Assembly: GCA_963720005.1 (NCBI GenBank)
Contig: CAVREM010000042.1
Coordinates: 307,918-371,917, forward strand
DNA from: an uncultured Acidobacteriota bacterium
GTDB lineage: Bacteria; Acidobacteriota; Vicinamibacteria; Vicinamibacterales; CAVVIG01
Length of the DNA: 64,000 nt
Reading direction: 5' to 3'
Shown here one piece after another: positions 8,007-17,265 of the stretch. Made by a program: the position numbers and the translations under genes. The notes below the pieces were generated by a model, which was not told the DNA's origin, ran no database searches, and worked only from the letters and a program-made list of their open reading frames with translations. Positions within the stretch are counted from its first letter, which is position 1. Each line of letters begins with the position of its first letter.

Positions 8007-10237
8007 ATGACGGCGCCCCTCCTCCTCTTTCCGCTTCTGGCGCAGCTGTTGGCACCTGCGGCAGCGCGGCCGGCGGCTCCGCCGCCGACTCTCCAGGCAG
8101 ACGTGCCAGTTACGCTGACGCTTCGCATCTCCGGCGGACGCAGCGAATTCAGGCCCGGTGAGATCATTCCCATCGAGCTGGAGTTCCACAGCACCATCCC
8201 GAAGCGCTTTGCCGTCGATGGCGCGATATACGACAGGCGTGGTCGTCTCACGATCGACGAGTTCCGACTCAACCCGCAGAATGCGGCAGCCGATCCGATG
8301 CTCGACTATCCCTGGTCGGTTACCGGCGGCGGGCTGCGCGGAACCGGCGTGCTCGGCGATCGGCCGTACATCGTCCGGCTCGATCTGAACGAGTGGTTCC
8401 GCTTCGACCGGCCCGGGACGTTTCGACTGTCGGTGCGCTCGAAGCGCGTCGCCGACCAGGCGGCTCCAACGTATACGATTGTCCCGATTGAATCGAACAG
8501 CGTATCGTTCAGGATTTCGCCGCGCGATGCCGCCTGGGAGGCCTCGGAGCTCGAGACCGCCAGGCGCCTCGCCGACGCCAAGGGGTTGTCGGTCGATTCG
8601 CATAAAAGCTGTCGAATGATGCGGTTCCTTGGCACGCCGGCGGCCGTCGACGAGATGATCCGGCGTCATGGCACGAACACGGGCTGTGGCTTCGAGCTCA
8701 CAGCGGGTCTTTACGGCGCCGGCGGCCGCGAGCACGTGGTCAGGCAGATGGAGAACGGCCTCCAGGAGGCGGCGCAACCGGTGACGGCGAGCTATCTCTT
8801 GACGCTCGCGAGACTGTCGACTTACCTGAAACATCCTGAACTCCGGCCGCCACCGCGCGAGGCGACAGACGAATTGACGGCGGGCGACGATCTCAGACGG
8901 CGCGAGGAGCTCATCGAGTCCGCAGCAGCCCAGTACGCAGAGATCCTCGCCGAGGCGTTGCCGCAGAAAACCGGACAGGCCCGAGCGATTTCTCTTGCCG
9001 AGCAGCTGCAATCACGGCCGCTCTCTTCGTCTGGATCCTTTTCCGCGGCCTCCCGCGAACAGGTTGCCGCCACGTTTCTTCAGCTGCCCGAGGAACGGCA
9101 GGAGCACCTTCTAGACTTCCAATGGTCCACCCTTGCCAGCCCGGCCATGATTCCCACGCTGCGCCGACTCATGGAGCGTCAGCGAACCGCAGCAGGGCCA
9201 GTGACGGATCTCGCGCTCCGACGGCTCTACGATCTTGCCCCCGAGGAGGCGCGACCGTTGATCCTGCGGGAAATCCGGAGGCCCCGGCCTGGCGCAACCT
9301 TGAAGACGCTCGGCAGGCTGCCGGACGCCGAGTTGCCGACGTTCGACGAGGCGCTGGCCGCAAACGTCGAGGCCTTGAACGATCTCGAGGCGACTGGCGA
9401 TTTCAACGGCGCCGCGGTTCGCGCCGGGCTCGTGCACCGCTACGCATCAAGGGTGATTGCGGACCGGATCCTGCGAAGCGCGAGCATCCGGCTCGAATCG
9501 GATGGCGTGCGAGACTCAGGCAGCAACGCTGGCCTATTTCCTCCGCGTGGACGAGGTCGTCGGCAAGAGCCTCCTCGACCGCGCGCTCGCGCCGCGGAAA
9601 GGGCCCGGATGCCGAACGCGACTCGCTCCCGTCGCGGCGCTGCGCGCCGCGCGGGCTGTCGAAGCTCTGACAATCGCCCGTCTCGACGACGCCGACCCCG
9701 ACGTCGTGGTCGATGCAATCGAAACGCTGGGACGTCACGGTTCGCCGGCGGCCTTCGCTCCGTTGCACGCGGCGTTTCGAGCGATGGCAAATCACCTGGG
9801 CCGGCCGCGCATCCGAGCTTCGAGGCGGAATGGGTGTCGAACGCCCGCACGCGCGGCAGGCGATGGTCGAGAGCGCGTTCCAGCAGGCCCTGGGCACGGG
9901 GCAGCAGTGGCTCACAACTTCCACCGAGCTGCGTGTGCTGGGAGGCCTCTGCGTGACGGAAAACTGCCGCACCCTGACGGCGCACCTGGCCCGCGCTGCC
10001 GACGATAGCAGAATCGTCATCCTGCGAGTGGACGAACCGGACTCCTCCCTGGTTCACCTCGCTCAGTATTCCTTCCAGTCGATCACGGCGCTCCAGGAGA
10101 AGCTCGCGCAGTACCCGCGAGGAGCGTCATTCACGCTGGACGTCGGCGCTCTCGACCCGGCCATGGCGACCTCGGTCGTGTCCCGCATTCGGAGGTTCGC
10201 CCTCAATCACGGGGTCCGGATCGATCGACAGCCTTGA
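8007..10237 (+). CDS. Secreted HEAT/ARM-like repeat protein of unknown function (frame broken at about 9500 and about 9800-9860)
   Basis: Signal peptide MTAPLLLFPLLAQLLAPAAA. The gene is pieced together from track ORFs 8007.., 9457.. (ACETQAATLAYFLRVDE...DADPDVVVDAIETLGRHGSPAAFAPL) and 9713.. (…QAMVESAFQQALGTGQQWL...RIRRFALNHGVRIDRQP). Confidence 0.55.
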
Positions 10238-10333
10238 AGCTCGTCCGCTCGCCCCAATGAAGGGCGGGAAGGTATACAAGAACGAAGGCCATGGGCGATA
10301 AAACACGGAGCCCACCGTGTTACATTGGCGCGC

Positions 10334-11329
10334 ATGACAGTCTCTACAGCGCGTTTCCAATTGCTGACTGCCGACGACGTGCTCTCACATTTCAGGGCGC
10401 TGCGCGCGCGGCAGCCGGTGCAGTACTGGGCGTTCTACTCGAGTCAGCTGGGGGGCATCGTCACGGATCCCGCGCTCATGGTGATCCCGTTCGACGACCA
10501 CATGGTGCACCGCGGTCACGGCATCTTCGATACCGCCGGACTGGTCGACGGCAAGATTTACGACCTCGAGGCGCACCTCGATCGCTTCCTGCTCTCTGCC
10601 GAACGATCGAAGCTTCGGCTCCCCGGCTCACGTGATGAGATTCGCGACATCATCGTCAAGACGACCGCGGTCAGCGGCCGGCGGGACGGCTCGATTCGCT
10701 ATTGGCTGTCGTCGGGACCGGGCAGCCTGGAGCTCACGCCCGCGCCGCGGGCGCCGAGCCGGGCTTCTTCGTCATGGTGTTTGCGGGTCTCTCGTACCCC
10801 GAGCGGTGGTACACCGAGGGTCTGCGGGTGATGACGACGACCTACCCGATCAAGGCACCGCCTCTACGCCATCACGAAAGCCACCAACTACCTGCCGAAT
10901 GTCCTGATGCAGATGGAGGCCAAGGAGGCGGGATTCGACAACGGCGTGTTCATCGATGCCGATGGTCACGTCGGCGAAAGCTCCAACATGAACGTGGCGT
11001 TCGTGACCAGGGACGGCGTGCTCGTCCATCCGAAGTTCGACCACATTCTCGCCGGCTGCACATCGCTCCGGCTCCTGGAACTCGCTGACCGTTTGCATGC
11101 GATCAGGGACTCCTCAAGGGAATCGAGGTCCGCGACATCCCCGTGGCCGAGGCGCACGCCTGCTCGCGAGATGCTGCTCCTGGGCAGCTCGGTGAAAGTC
11201 GCGCCGATCATCCAGTGGGACGGGCAGATGATTGGCGACGGCAGGCCAGGACCCGTCGCGAAGGCGCTTCTCCGGCTGCTCGAGGAGGACATGCGCACAG
11301 CGGATCGGCTGATCCCGGTGCCCTATTAG
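10334..11329 (+). CDS. Class IV (D-amino-acid/branched-chain type) aminotransferase, about 4 frame breaks (about 10750, 10862, 11100, 11170)
   Basis: Pieces in three frames: FDDHMVHRGHGIFDTAGLVDGKIYDLEAHLDRF, GFFVMVFAGLSYPERWYTEGLRVMTTTYPIKAP, LYAITKATNYLPNVLMQMEAKEAGFDNGVFIDADGHVGESSNMNVAFV and LLLGSSVKVAPIIQWDG. Confidence 0.75.
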
Positions 11330-11352
11330 CCACCGACCTGGCGGGTAACGTT

Positions 11353-13425
11353 TCACACGGCGGACGATCGCAGCAGCCGGACGATCAGGAACACCAGCAC
11401 CAGAACCGCGGCGACTACAACAGCCCAGAACACCTGCGGTGATAGAGGCGACGCAGGCGGGGCACCGCTTTCAGCCGGTTCGGCGCCGGCGGCGACTTCC
11501 ATCGCGCTCACGCCGAGAAGTCGCGGCGCCAGCAGCGCGAGGTCGTAACTAGGCGCCGCCAGCTCGGGTTGGCCGTACGCGAGGCGCAGCATCGTCTCCG
11601 GTCCCCGGAAGAACCGCAGCCGGTATTGAGGGAAGAGCAGCCGGCCCGACGCGATCGGCAGCACGCTGTTGTCGCCCTCGTCCACCACGACAAGCAGTCG
11701 GCTGGCCTCGGTGTCCGGCAGGGGCAGCGTGAGTGCCGGCGCGGCGGTTTCCTGAGAGGCGTTCACCCACTCTGCCGAGGCGAGCGTTTCGATCCAGGCA
11801 TCGCGCCGCAGACGATCGGGCTGCCGTTCGGTGGCGATGTTGACGCGCCGCCGGAACACCCGAGTGTTGGTCGTCAGCACGAGCCGGGCGGACGACAGCC
11901 GCTCGTGCGGCCACGCGATTCCGTACACCGTTTCGCTCGGCCTGGTCCGGAGCGACGGAGGCACAGGGTCGAGCCGCTCCAGCATGACGTCCACCGACAG
12001 CGGCTCGGAGGATCGCTCGACGAGGTACGGCACCTGGCGGCCGTCTTCACTGATCAGCCGGACGTCTCCAAAGCGCGCAACGATTCCGCGGCTGTGGGCG
12101 AGCGCCGCTTCGTCGAGGCGCAGGGCAACCATGCCCGGCTCTCCTGACGGAATGTCGCGGACGTACTTGAACTTCGTGGCGTCGATGGCGGCGCCCACCG
12201 TGGGCAGGCCGGCGGCAGACGTCTGATTGTCGACGTCCGTCCGCGTTCGCGGCTCACCCCAACGCGCCTCAGGCACCTGCTCGATCCGGAGCGACGGCCG
12301 GACCGCCTCGAGATCGTACCGGGGTGGCGGCAGCGTCGAATTGCCAAAACGGGCCAGGACGGTCCCCTTACTCTCGAAGTAGATCCACGGCAGCTCCGCG
12401 AATCTCGCCGTGACGCCGCGCAAGTCCAGCGGTGGATTGTTGCCGTCGTCGATGACGAGGTCGAGTTCGGGTTCGACCGGTGGCCGAATGTGAATGCGGA
12501 GCGCTTCCGCCGTGATCGATTCCTGTTCGACTCGCTTCAGTGTGCCGCGGCCAATGAGCGCCGGCGTCGCTTCAGCGCCGGTGAGCCGCGCCTCGTAGAC
12601 CTCGGCGTCGCGCATCACGTGGCCCGGGGCCACGTCGAGGTCCAGCGCCACAATCGGCAGGCGGGCGCCCGGCAGGCGCAAGTGAAACCGGCTACGGCCA
12701 GGCTCGCTCGGCCGCCGCTCGACGATCACGGCCGTGGTAAGCGTCACAGCCGGCAAGAGGTGCGACACAATCCGCGCGGATGCGGAGGGAGGCGGTCCGA
12801 TCCGGCCGCTCCGGCTGTCGTCCCACGTGACCCTGAAATATCGATACGACCCCGGAACGAAGCCAAGCTCAACCTGCCGCAACCGAGGCTCTGGAAGATC
12901 GAACACCGTGCCTTCCTCAACCAATAGCGTCCAGTGCGCGCGATCGCCGCTCCCCTCCAGGCGAAGCCGTTTCAGGAAAGGCGGCGGCAGCCGATCGAGC
13001 CTGAATCGATCGACGAGCACGGCCTCCCTCAGATCGGCCTCGAAGCCGCTCGTCCGCTGCCGTTCGGTCTCGACCGCTGCTACTGGAAGAATCGCGGACG
13101 CCTCCCGCCAGATCGGCGCCGCATCGGGGTTGGCAACGAGCAGATGCGGGATTTCCGTGCCCGCTGCATCGAACAACCGGAGATCAGCAAGGCCGCCGGT
13201 GGCCACGGCCCCGGCGTCGGGATCGTCCGGCGCACGGAGGCGCACGCTGAACGGACTCCCAGCGGCAACGAGGGCGACATCGAGCGGCAGACGCCGCGGT
13301 CCCGGATCCGCGCCCGTGACGATCGGCCGTTCGAATCGAAATGGCGTCGGCGCCGGCGTCTGAGCGAGCAAGACTGCGCCAAGCAGGCCAGTGGCAACCG
13401 CGGCGATGGCCGCACGGAGTCTCAT
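11353..13425 (-). CDS. Secreted, C-terminally anchored protein with two DUF3999-like modules
   Basis: Intact 690-aa ORF with signal peptide MRLRAAIAAVATGLLGAVLLAQ and C-terminal TM VFWAVVVAAVLVLVFLIV. An internal duplication is visible: VIDDGNNPPLDLRGVTARFAELPWIYFESKGTVLARFGNSTLPPPRYDL versus VVVDEGDNSVLPIASGRLLFPQYRLRFFRGPETMLRLAYGQPELAAPSYDL. The DUF3999 assignment is from memory of the family, not a search. Confidence 0.6.
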   Translation of the reverse strand: MRLRAAIAAVATGLLGAVLLAQTPAPTPFRFERPIVTGADPGPRRLPLDVALVAAGSPFSVRLRAPDDPDAGAVATGGLADLRLFDAAGTEIPHLLVANPDAAPIWREASAILPVAAVETERQRTSGFEADLREAVLVDRFRLDRLPPPFLKRLRLEGSGDRAHWTLLVEEGTVFDLPEPRLRQVELGFVPGSYRYFRVTWDDSRSGRIGPPPSASARIVSHLLPAVTLTTAVIVERRPSEPGRSRFHLRLPGARLPIVALDLDVAPGHVMRDAEVYEARLTGAEATPALIGRGTLKRVEQESITAEALRIHIRPPVEPELDLVIDDGNNPPLDLRGVTARFAELPWIYFESKGTVLARFGNSTLPPPRYDLEAVRPSLRIEQVPEARWGEPRTRTDVDNQTSAAGLPTVGAAIDATKFKYVRDIPSGEPGMVALRLDEAALAHSRGIVARFGDVRLISEDGRQVPYLVERSSEPLSVDVMLERLDPVPPSLRTRPSETVYGIAWPHERLSSARLVLTTNTRVFRRRVNIATERQPDRLRRDAWIETLASAEWVNASQETAAPALTLPLPDTEASRLLVVVDEGDNSVLPIASGRLLFPQYRLRFFRGPETMLRLAYGQPELAAPSYDLALLAPRLLGVSAMEVAAGAEPAESGAPPASPLSPQVFWAVVVAAVLVLVFLIVRLLRSSAV

Positions 13426-16400
13426 GTCCGCTCTTTTGGGGTCAGGAGCACGAACCTCTGCAGCGCGAGGGCGACCAGCGCGAGCGACGCCGCGAGGCCA
13501 ACCAGCGAGCCCACTCGATACAAGCCGCCGAGCGAGCCCAAATCGTAGAGAAAGGCCTTCGACGTCGTCACTGCGATCAGAGCGAGGGCGGCGATGCGCC
13601 CGTAGCGGTTGTTCGCGTAAATACCAACAGCGAGCATCGCCATGCCGAACACCAGCCAGGCCAGCGTGTAGGTCAGGTCCTGCGCGACGTCGGCGCCGAA
13701 TCGGAAGGTGATTTCAGGCCCCGTCGCGAAGAAATCCGCGACTTCGATGTTGAGCAGCAGAAAGAGCACGATGACCCCGGCCGGCGTGAGAAGCGTGGAG
13801 ATGCGTGGCGCGCCGGCGACGATGCGATCGTCGGTCGGCTGCAGCAAGCGGGCGGCCGCGAACATCGCGACCGCGCAGGTCACGTAGGCATAGAGATACC
13901 AGTTGAAGAGCCGCACGCTCCCCCGGGGCTCGTAAACGAAGATCGCCGGATTGAGGACGAGGCGGACGAACACGATCGCCATCAGCGCGCTTGCGCCGTA
14001 CAGCAGGCCCTTGTGCGGCACGCGGCGGTACAGCCACGCGAGCGCGGCCGCTTCGAGGGCCCAGCCGATTGTGATCCACTGGTTTGTGAGTTGTACCGGA
14101 ATGGCAACGGTGGCAAAGCCCAGCGCACTGGCGGCGACCAGCGCGAGGCGGCCCAGGTCGCGCTGGCCGGCCGGCTCCAGGCGGAGCAGCTGTCGCAGCG
14201 TGAACGCCAGCACGATGCCTTCGACCACCGGCACGACCCCCACCACCGAGCGGAGCTGGCCGACGAGAAGCGCTTGCCGGGCCGCGAAGAAGAAAAAGAC
14301 GCTCCCCAGAATGGCCGTCAGATACGGTCCGCGATCCTTGAGCGCCCGCCGATGGAGTATCAGCGGGTAGGCGGCGAACAGCGCGTAAAGCACCGCGGCG
14401 AGTGCCAGGGTGCCGCGCCAGTCGCCCGCCGCCGAGTGATCCGACTGCCACATAACGGTCGCCAGCCACGCTGGCACGACCGCCGCCATGCCGACGGAGG
14501 GCCAACCCTGCTGCCACGCCAGCCAGAGGATCAGCGAAATGTTGGCGACATGAGCGAGCGTAGCCAGCGGAAGGATCGAATCAGCACCGACGTGCGCTGC
14601 GGCAATGACGCCGAGCTCGGCGACAAATGCTGCGGCGATCGCGCCGATGGCACGCACAGCGGAGCTCGAACGCGCGAACTGTCCAACGAACAGCGAACCA
14701 GCGGCGTACGCCACCACCGCCTCGATCGCCGCGAGCGTCGTGATGGCCCAGGCGGCAGGCACGTTCAGCGCAAGCGCCAGCACGACCATCGCGGCCGCAA
14801 CGGTGCCGGCTGCGTGCAGATGCGGCGTCCCTACGTTGAGCGATCCCGCGGTGGCCGCCAATGTCATGACCAGGAGGGCACCGAGCAGCGGCCACGGCGG
14901 CAGGGCCCAGCGGACGTCCTGGGCCACGTAAAACAGGAACAGGTGACCGACCAGACCGAGATAAATGCCCTGGCGGAAGCCGGTCGGCCCGCCTTCCTCT
15001 GGTGCCGCCGACGCAGCCTGGCGGGCAGCCCACGCGTGCCCCGCGAACATGATCATCGTCAGACCGACAACCACGAGCAGCGACGGCAAAACGCCAACGG
15101 CTGTGCCGGCGTTGCTCCACCACACCGCCAGGACGACCCACGACAGCAGTCCGCCGGCCATCGACAGAACCGGCGTCCGTCCAGCGGCGCTCTCGATGAA
15201 CAGACCGGCATCCAGAATGGCCAGGAGCATCGCGAGGCCCCAGAGCGCGCCACCGGCGCGCGGGCCGGCCGCGAGAAACAGCAGCATGGCGAGGCTCGCG
15301 AGGAGCACCGCGCCGGAGCCCCACTTCGGCTCCATGACGCGCCCGAGGCGCCGCCAGGCCAACGGTACGCCGAGATAGAACAGGGCGAAGGCCGCATACA
15401 ACGCCACCGCGGTCCACAAGCGCGCCGGACTGAAATGCGTCGCCGACCAGGACGCTTCAGCCGCAAGCGCGAAGAACGCTGCCGCGAAGTACAGCCCGGC
15501 ATCCCCGGCCGTGAAGGCCCGCCACACCACGATCGCGAGAATCACGAATGCCGCCGCGAAGATCGTCCACGGCGCCTCGGTTTGCGGCTCGATGCGAACG
15601 ATCACCGCGATCGTAAACAACAGGATTGGCGCGACGTACCAGGCGTGGCTCCCAACGTCCGGCAGTGGCCGACGCAACCGATCGGCAACGAACGGGGTGG
15701 CGGCAAACACCGCGGCGAAGGCGACGGCAAATGCCGCGACGGTCTGCCAGGACGTGGTCGCATAGGAAGTCGCGAGCCACACGCCGAAGACCAGCAACGT
15801 CGCGAGGCCGCCCATCGCGTGGAGCGCCCCGTCGCGCCGCGCGATGGCGACCGCCGCGATGCCCAGCACGATGATCAGCAGGAACCCGAACAGCAGGCCG
15901 GCACGGGCACCGTACTCAGGGACTGCGGACAGGAACACCGCAAACACCAGCGGCATGGCGGACGCGGCAAGCCCTGATTGTTCAAGGGCCGCACTCATCG
16001 CGCCACCGGTCGCGGTCTGGCGCGCCAGCGTCAGCCCCGCGAAGGACGTGACGGCAAAGACGAGGAAGATGCCCATGCCGAGCGTCAAGTCGCTTGCCGA
16101 GAGAAATCGGATGACCCAGCCCCACTGGTAGAGCGTGGTCAGGACCAGCGTCAGCACCGTCAGCAACGGCCACTTCTTGCGAACCGCCACCCAGGCGAGC
16201 CCGATGTTCAAGAGCAGCAGGTAGGTGAATAGCGGGATCGGCCGGTTCTCTCCCGTGGAGAGCAGCGCTGGCGTCGCGAACCCCCCGGCGAGGCCAAGAA
16301 TTGCGATGAACATCGAGTCGCGGCGGATCGACAGCAGCACCGCCACGACCGCGACGAGGATCAGGAGACCGAAGGTCGGCGTCGATGGAATAAGGCCCCA

Positions 16401-17126
16401 CAACGTGTGGGCCGCGAAGAAGGTCGCGAAGAGAATGGCGATGGCGGCGGCATCGAGCGCGTTCGCCGTCACGCGGTATCGCTGTGCCGCCCGCAGCTCG
16501 CAGACCACCAGAAGACCTACTGCGACGATGACGCCGATCGCGACGCGGACGGGCGGGGCAAGCCAGCCGCGATCGAGCGAATACCTGAAGAAGAAGATCG
16601 CCGCGAGGACGAGCGCGATGCCGGCGATGGCCGAGAACAGCTTGACGCCCACCAGTTGTTCCCAGTCGAAGCCGGCCCACGGCGCCGCCGGAGCCGGCCG
16701 CGCAGGCATGGCTGGTGGAACGGCTGAAACAGCCGCCGCAGGCGGCCTTGGTGTCAGCGGCGGAGGAGGCGGAGACGCGATGACCGGCGGCATTGCGCCA
16801 GGTGGTGCGGCAGCCGGTCGCGGCGGAGCGGGCGTAGGCGCTTGAACCGGACGATCGCGTGGTGGTTCGGGAGCAGCAGGCCTTGCCGGCGGGGTTTGGG
16901 CCGCCGGCGTCGGCGCGGGGGGCCGGAACCGCCTGCTGGCCCGAGCCGCCCGTTCAGTCTGGGCGAGCCGGCGCCTCAGCTCGTCAATCGTTCGCTGTTG
17001 CTCGTAGAGTTCACGCTCTAGGGTTCCCAGCCTCCGGGTGAACCCCATCTGCCGGAGCAGGGCGACAATCGGGAGCACCGCGATGGCCAGGCCGATTAGC
17101 GTGAAAAACAAGGCAATCACGTACAT
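13422..17126 (-). CDS. Giant polytopic membrane protein, DUF2339-like
   Basis: Intact 1234-aa ORF. It has an N-terminal TM, a coiled coil (LERELYEQQRTIDELRRRLAQTE), about 100 aa of Pro/Ala-rich linker, then about 30 hydrophobic helices. Its stop overlaps the downstream ATG (ATGA at 13422-13425). Confidence 0.65.
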   Translation of the reverse strand: MYVIALFFTLIGLAIAVLPIVALLRQMGFTRRLGTLERELYEQQRTIDELRRRLAQTERAARASRRFRPPAPTPAAQTPPARPAAPEPPRDRPVQAPTPAPPRPAAAPPGAMPPVIASPPPPPLTPRPPAAAVSAVPPAMPARPAPAAPWAGFDWEQLVGVKLFSAIAGIALVLAAIFFFRYSLDRGWLAPPVRVAIGVIVAVGLLVVCELRAAQRYRVTANALDAAAIAILFATFFAAHTLWGLIPSTPTFGLLILVAVVAVLLSIRRDSMFIAILGLAGGFATPALLSTGENRPIPLFTYLLLLNIGLAWVAVRKKWPLLTVLTLVLTTLYQWGWVIRFLSASDLTLGMGIFLVFAVTSFAGLTLARQTATGGAMSAALEQSGLAASAMPLVFAVFLSAVPEYGARAGLLFGFLLIIVLGIAAVAIARRDGALHAMGGLATLLVFGVWLATSYATTSWQTVAAFAVAFAAVFAATPFVADRLRRPLPDVGSHAWYVAPILLFTIAVIVRIEPQTEAPWTIFAAAFVILAIVVWRAFTAGDAGLYFAAAFFALAAEASWSATHFSPARLWTAVALYAAFALFYLGVPLAWRRLGRVMEPKWGSGAVLLASLAMLLFLAAGPRAGGALWGLAMLLAILDAGLFIESAAGRTPVLSMAGGLLSWVVLAVWWSNAGTAVGVLPSLLVVVGLTMIMFAGHAWAARQAASAAPEEGGPTGFRQGIYLGLVGHLFLFYVAQDVRWALPPWPLLGALLVMTLAATAGSLNVGTPHLHAAGTVAAAMVVLALALNVPAAWAITTLAAIEAVVAYAAGSLFVGQFARSSSAVRAIGAIAAAFVAELGVIAAAHVGADSILPLATLAHVANISLILWLAWQQGWPSVGMAAVVPAWLATVMWQSDHSAAGDWRGTLALAAVLYALFAAYPLILHRRALKDRGPYLTAILGSVFFFFAARQALLVGQLRSVVGVVPVVEGIVLAFTLRQLLRLEPAGQRDLGRLALVAASALGFATVAIPVQLTNQWITIGWALEAAALAWLYRRVPHKGLLYGASALMAIVFVRLVLNPAIFVYEPRGSVRLFNWYLYAYVTCAVAMFAAARLLQPTDDRIVAGAPRISTLLTPAGVIVLFLLLNIEVADFFATGPEITFRFGADVAQDLTYTLAWLVFGMAMLAVGIYANNRYGRIAALALIAVTTSKAFLYDLGSLGGLYRVGSLVGLAASLALVALALQRFVLLTPKERT

Positions 17127-17194
17127 TTCGACGGCGGGCTTCGGCGCGAGAAGCTCTGCCTATGTATCGGCGGATTCAGGAATTAGACGCGTGG

Positions 17195-17262
17195 GGCCGG
17201 CCTTTGGGCCGGCCAATCCGTGGTAGTGCCGGACCTTTCAGGGTCGCCGTTAGGTGCAGGGT
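17195..17262. repeat. REP-like GC hairpins
   Basis: GGCCGGCC-TTTG-GGCCGGCC at 17195-17214, and GTAGTGCCGGACCTTTCAGGGTCGCCGTTAG at 17224-17252. The latter closely resembles 58293-58326. Confidence 0.6.
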
Positions 17263-17265
17263 GCG

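Noticed and set aside
13341-15977. Very long antisense or alternative-frame ORFs. Examples: 13341-15977 +, 297-1301 -, 6173-7492 -, 25131-26414 -, 27087-27947 -, 29310-30647 -, 30655-31809 -, 40855-41985 -, 42010-43011 -, 46077-47015 -, 50174-51556 +, 55259-56542 upstream part, 61710-62756 +.
   Set aside because: These are shadow ORFs typical of high-GC DNA. Their compositions are Arg/Ala/Gly/Pro-rich with no motifs, and each overlaps a convincingly conserved gene on the other strand or in another frame.
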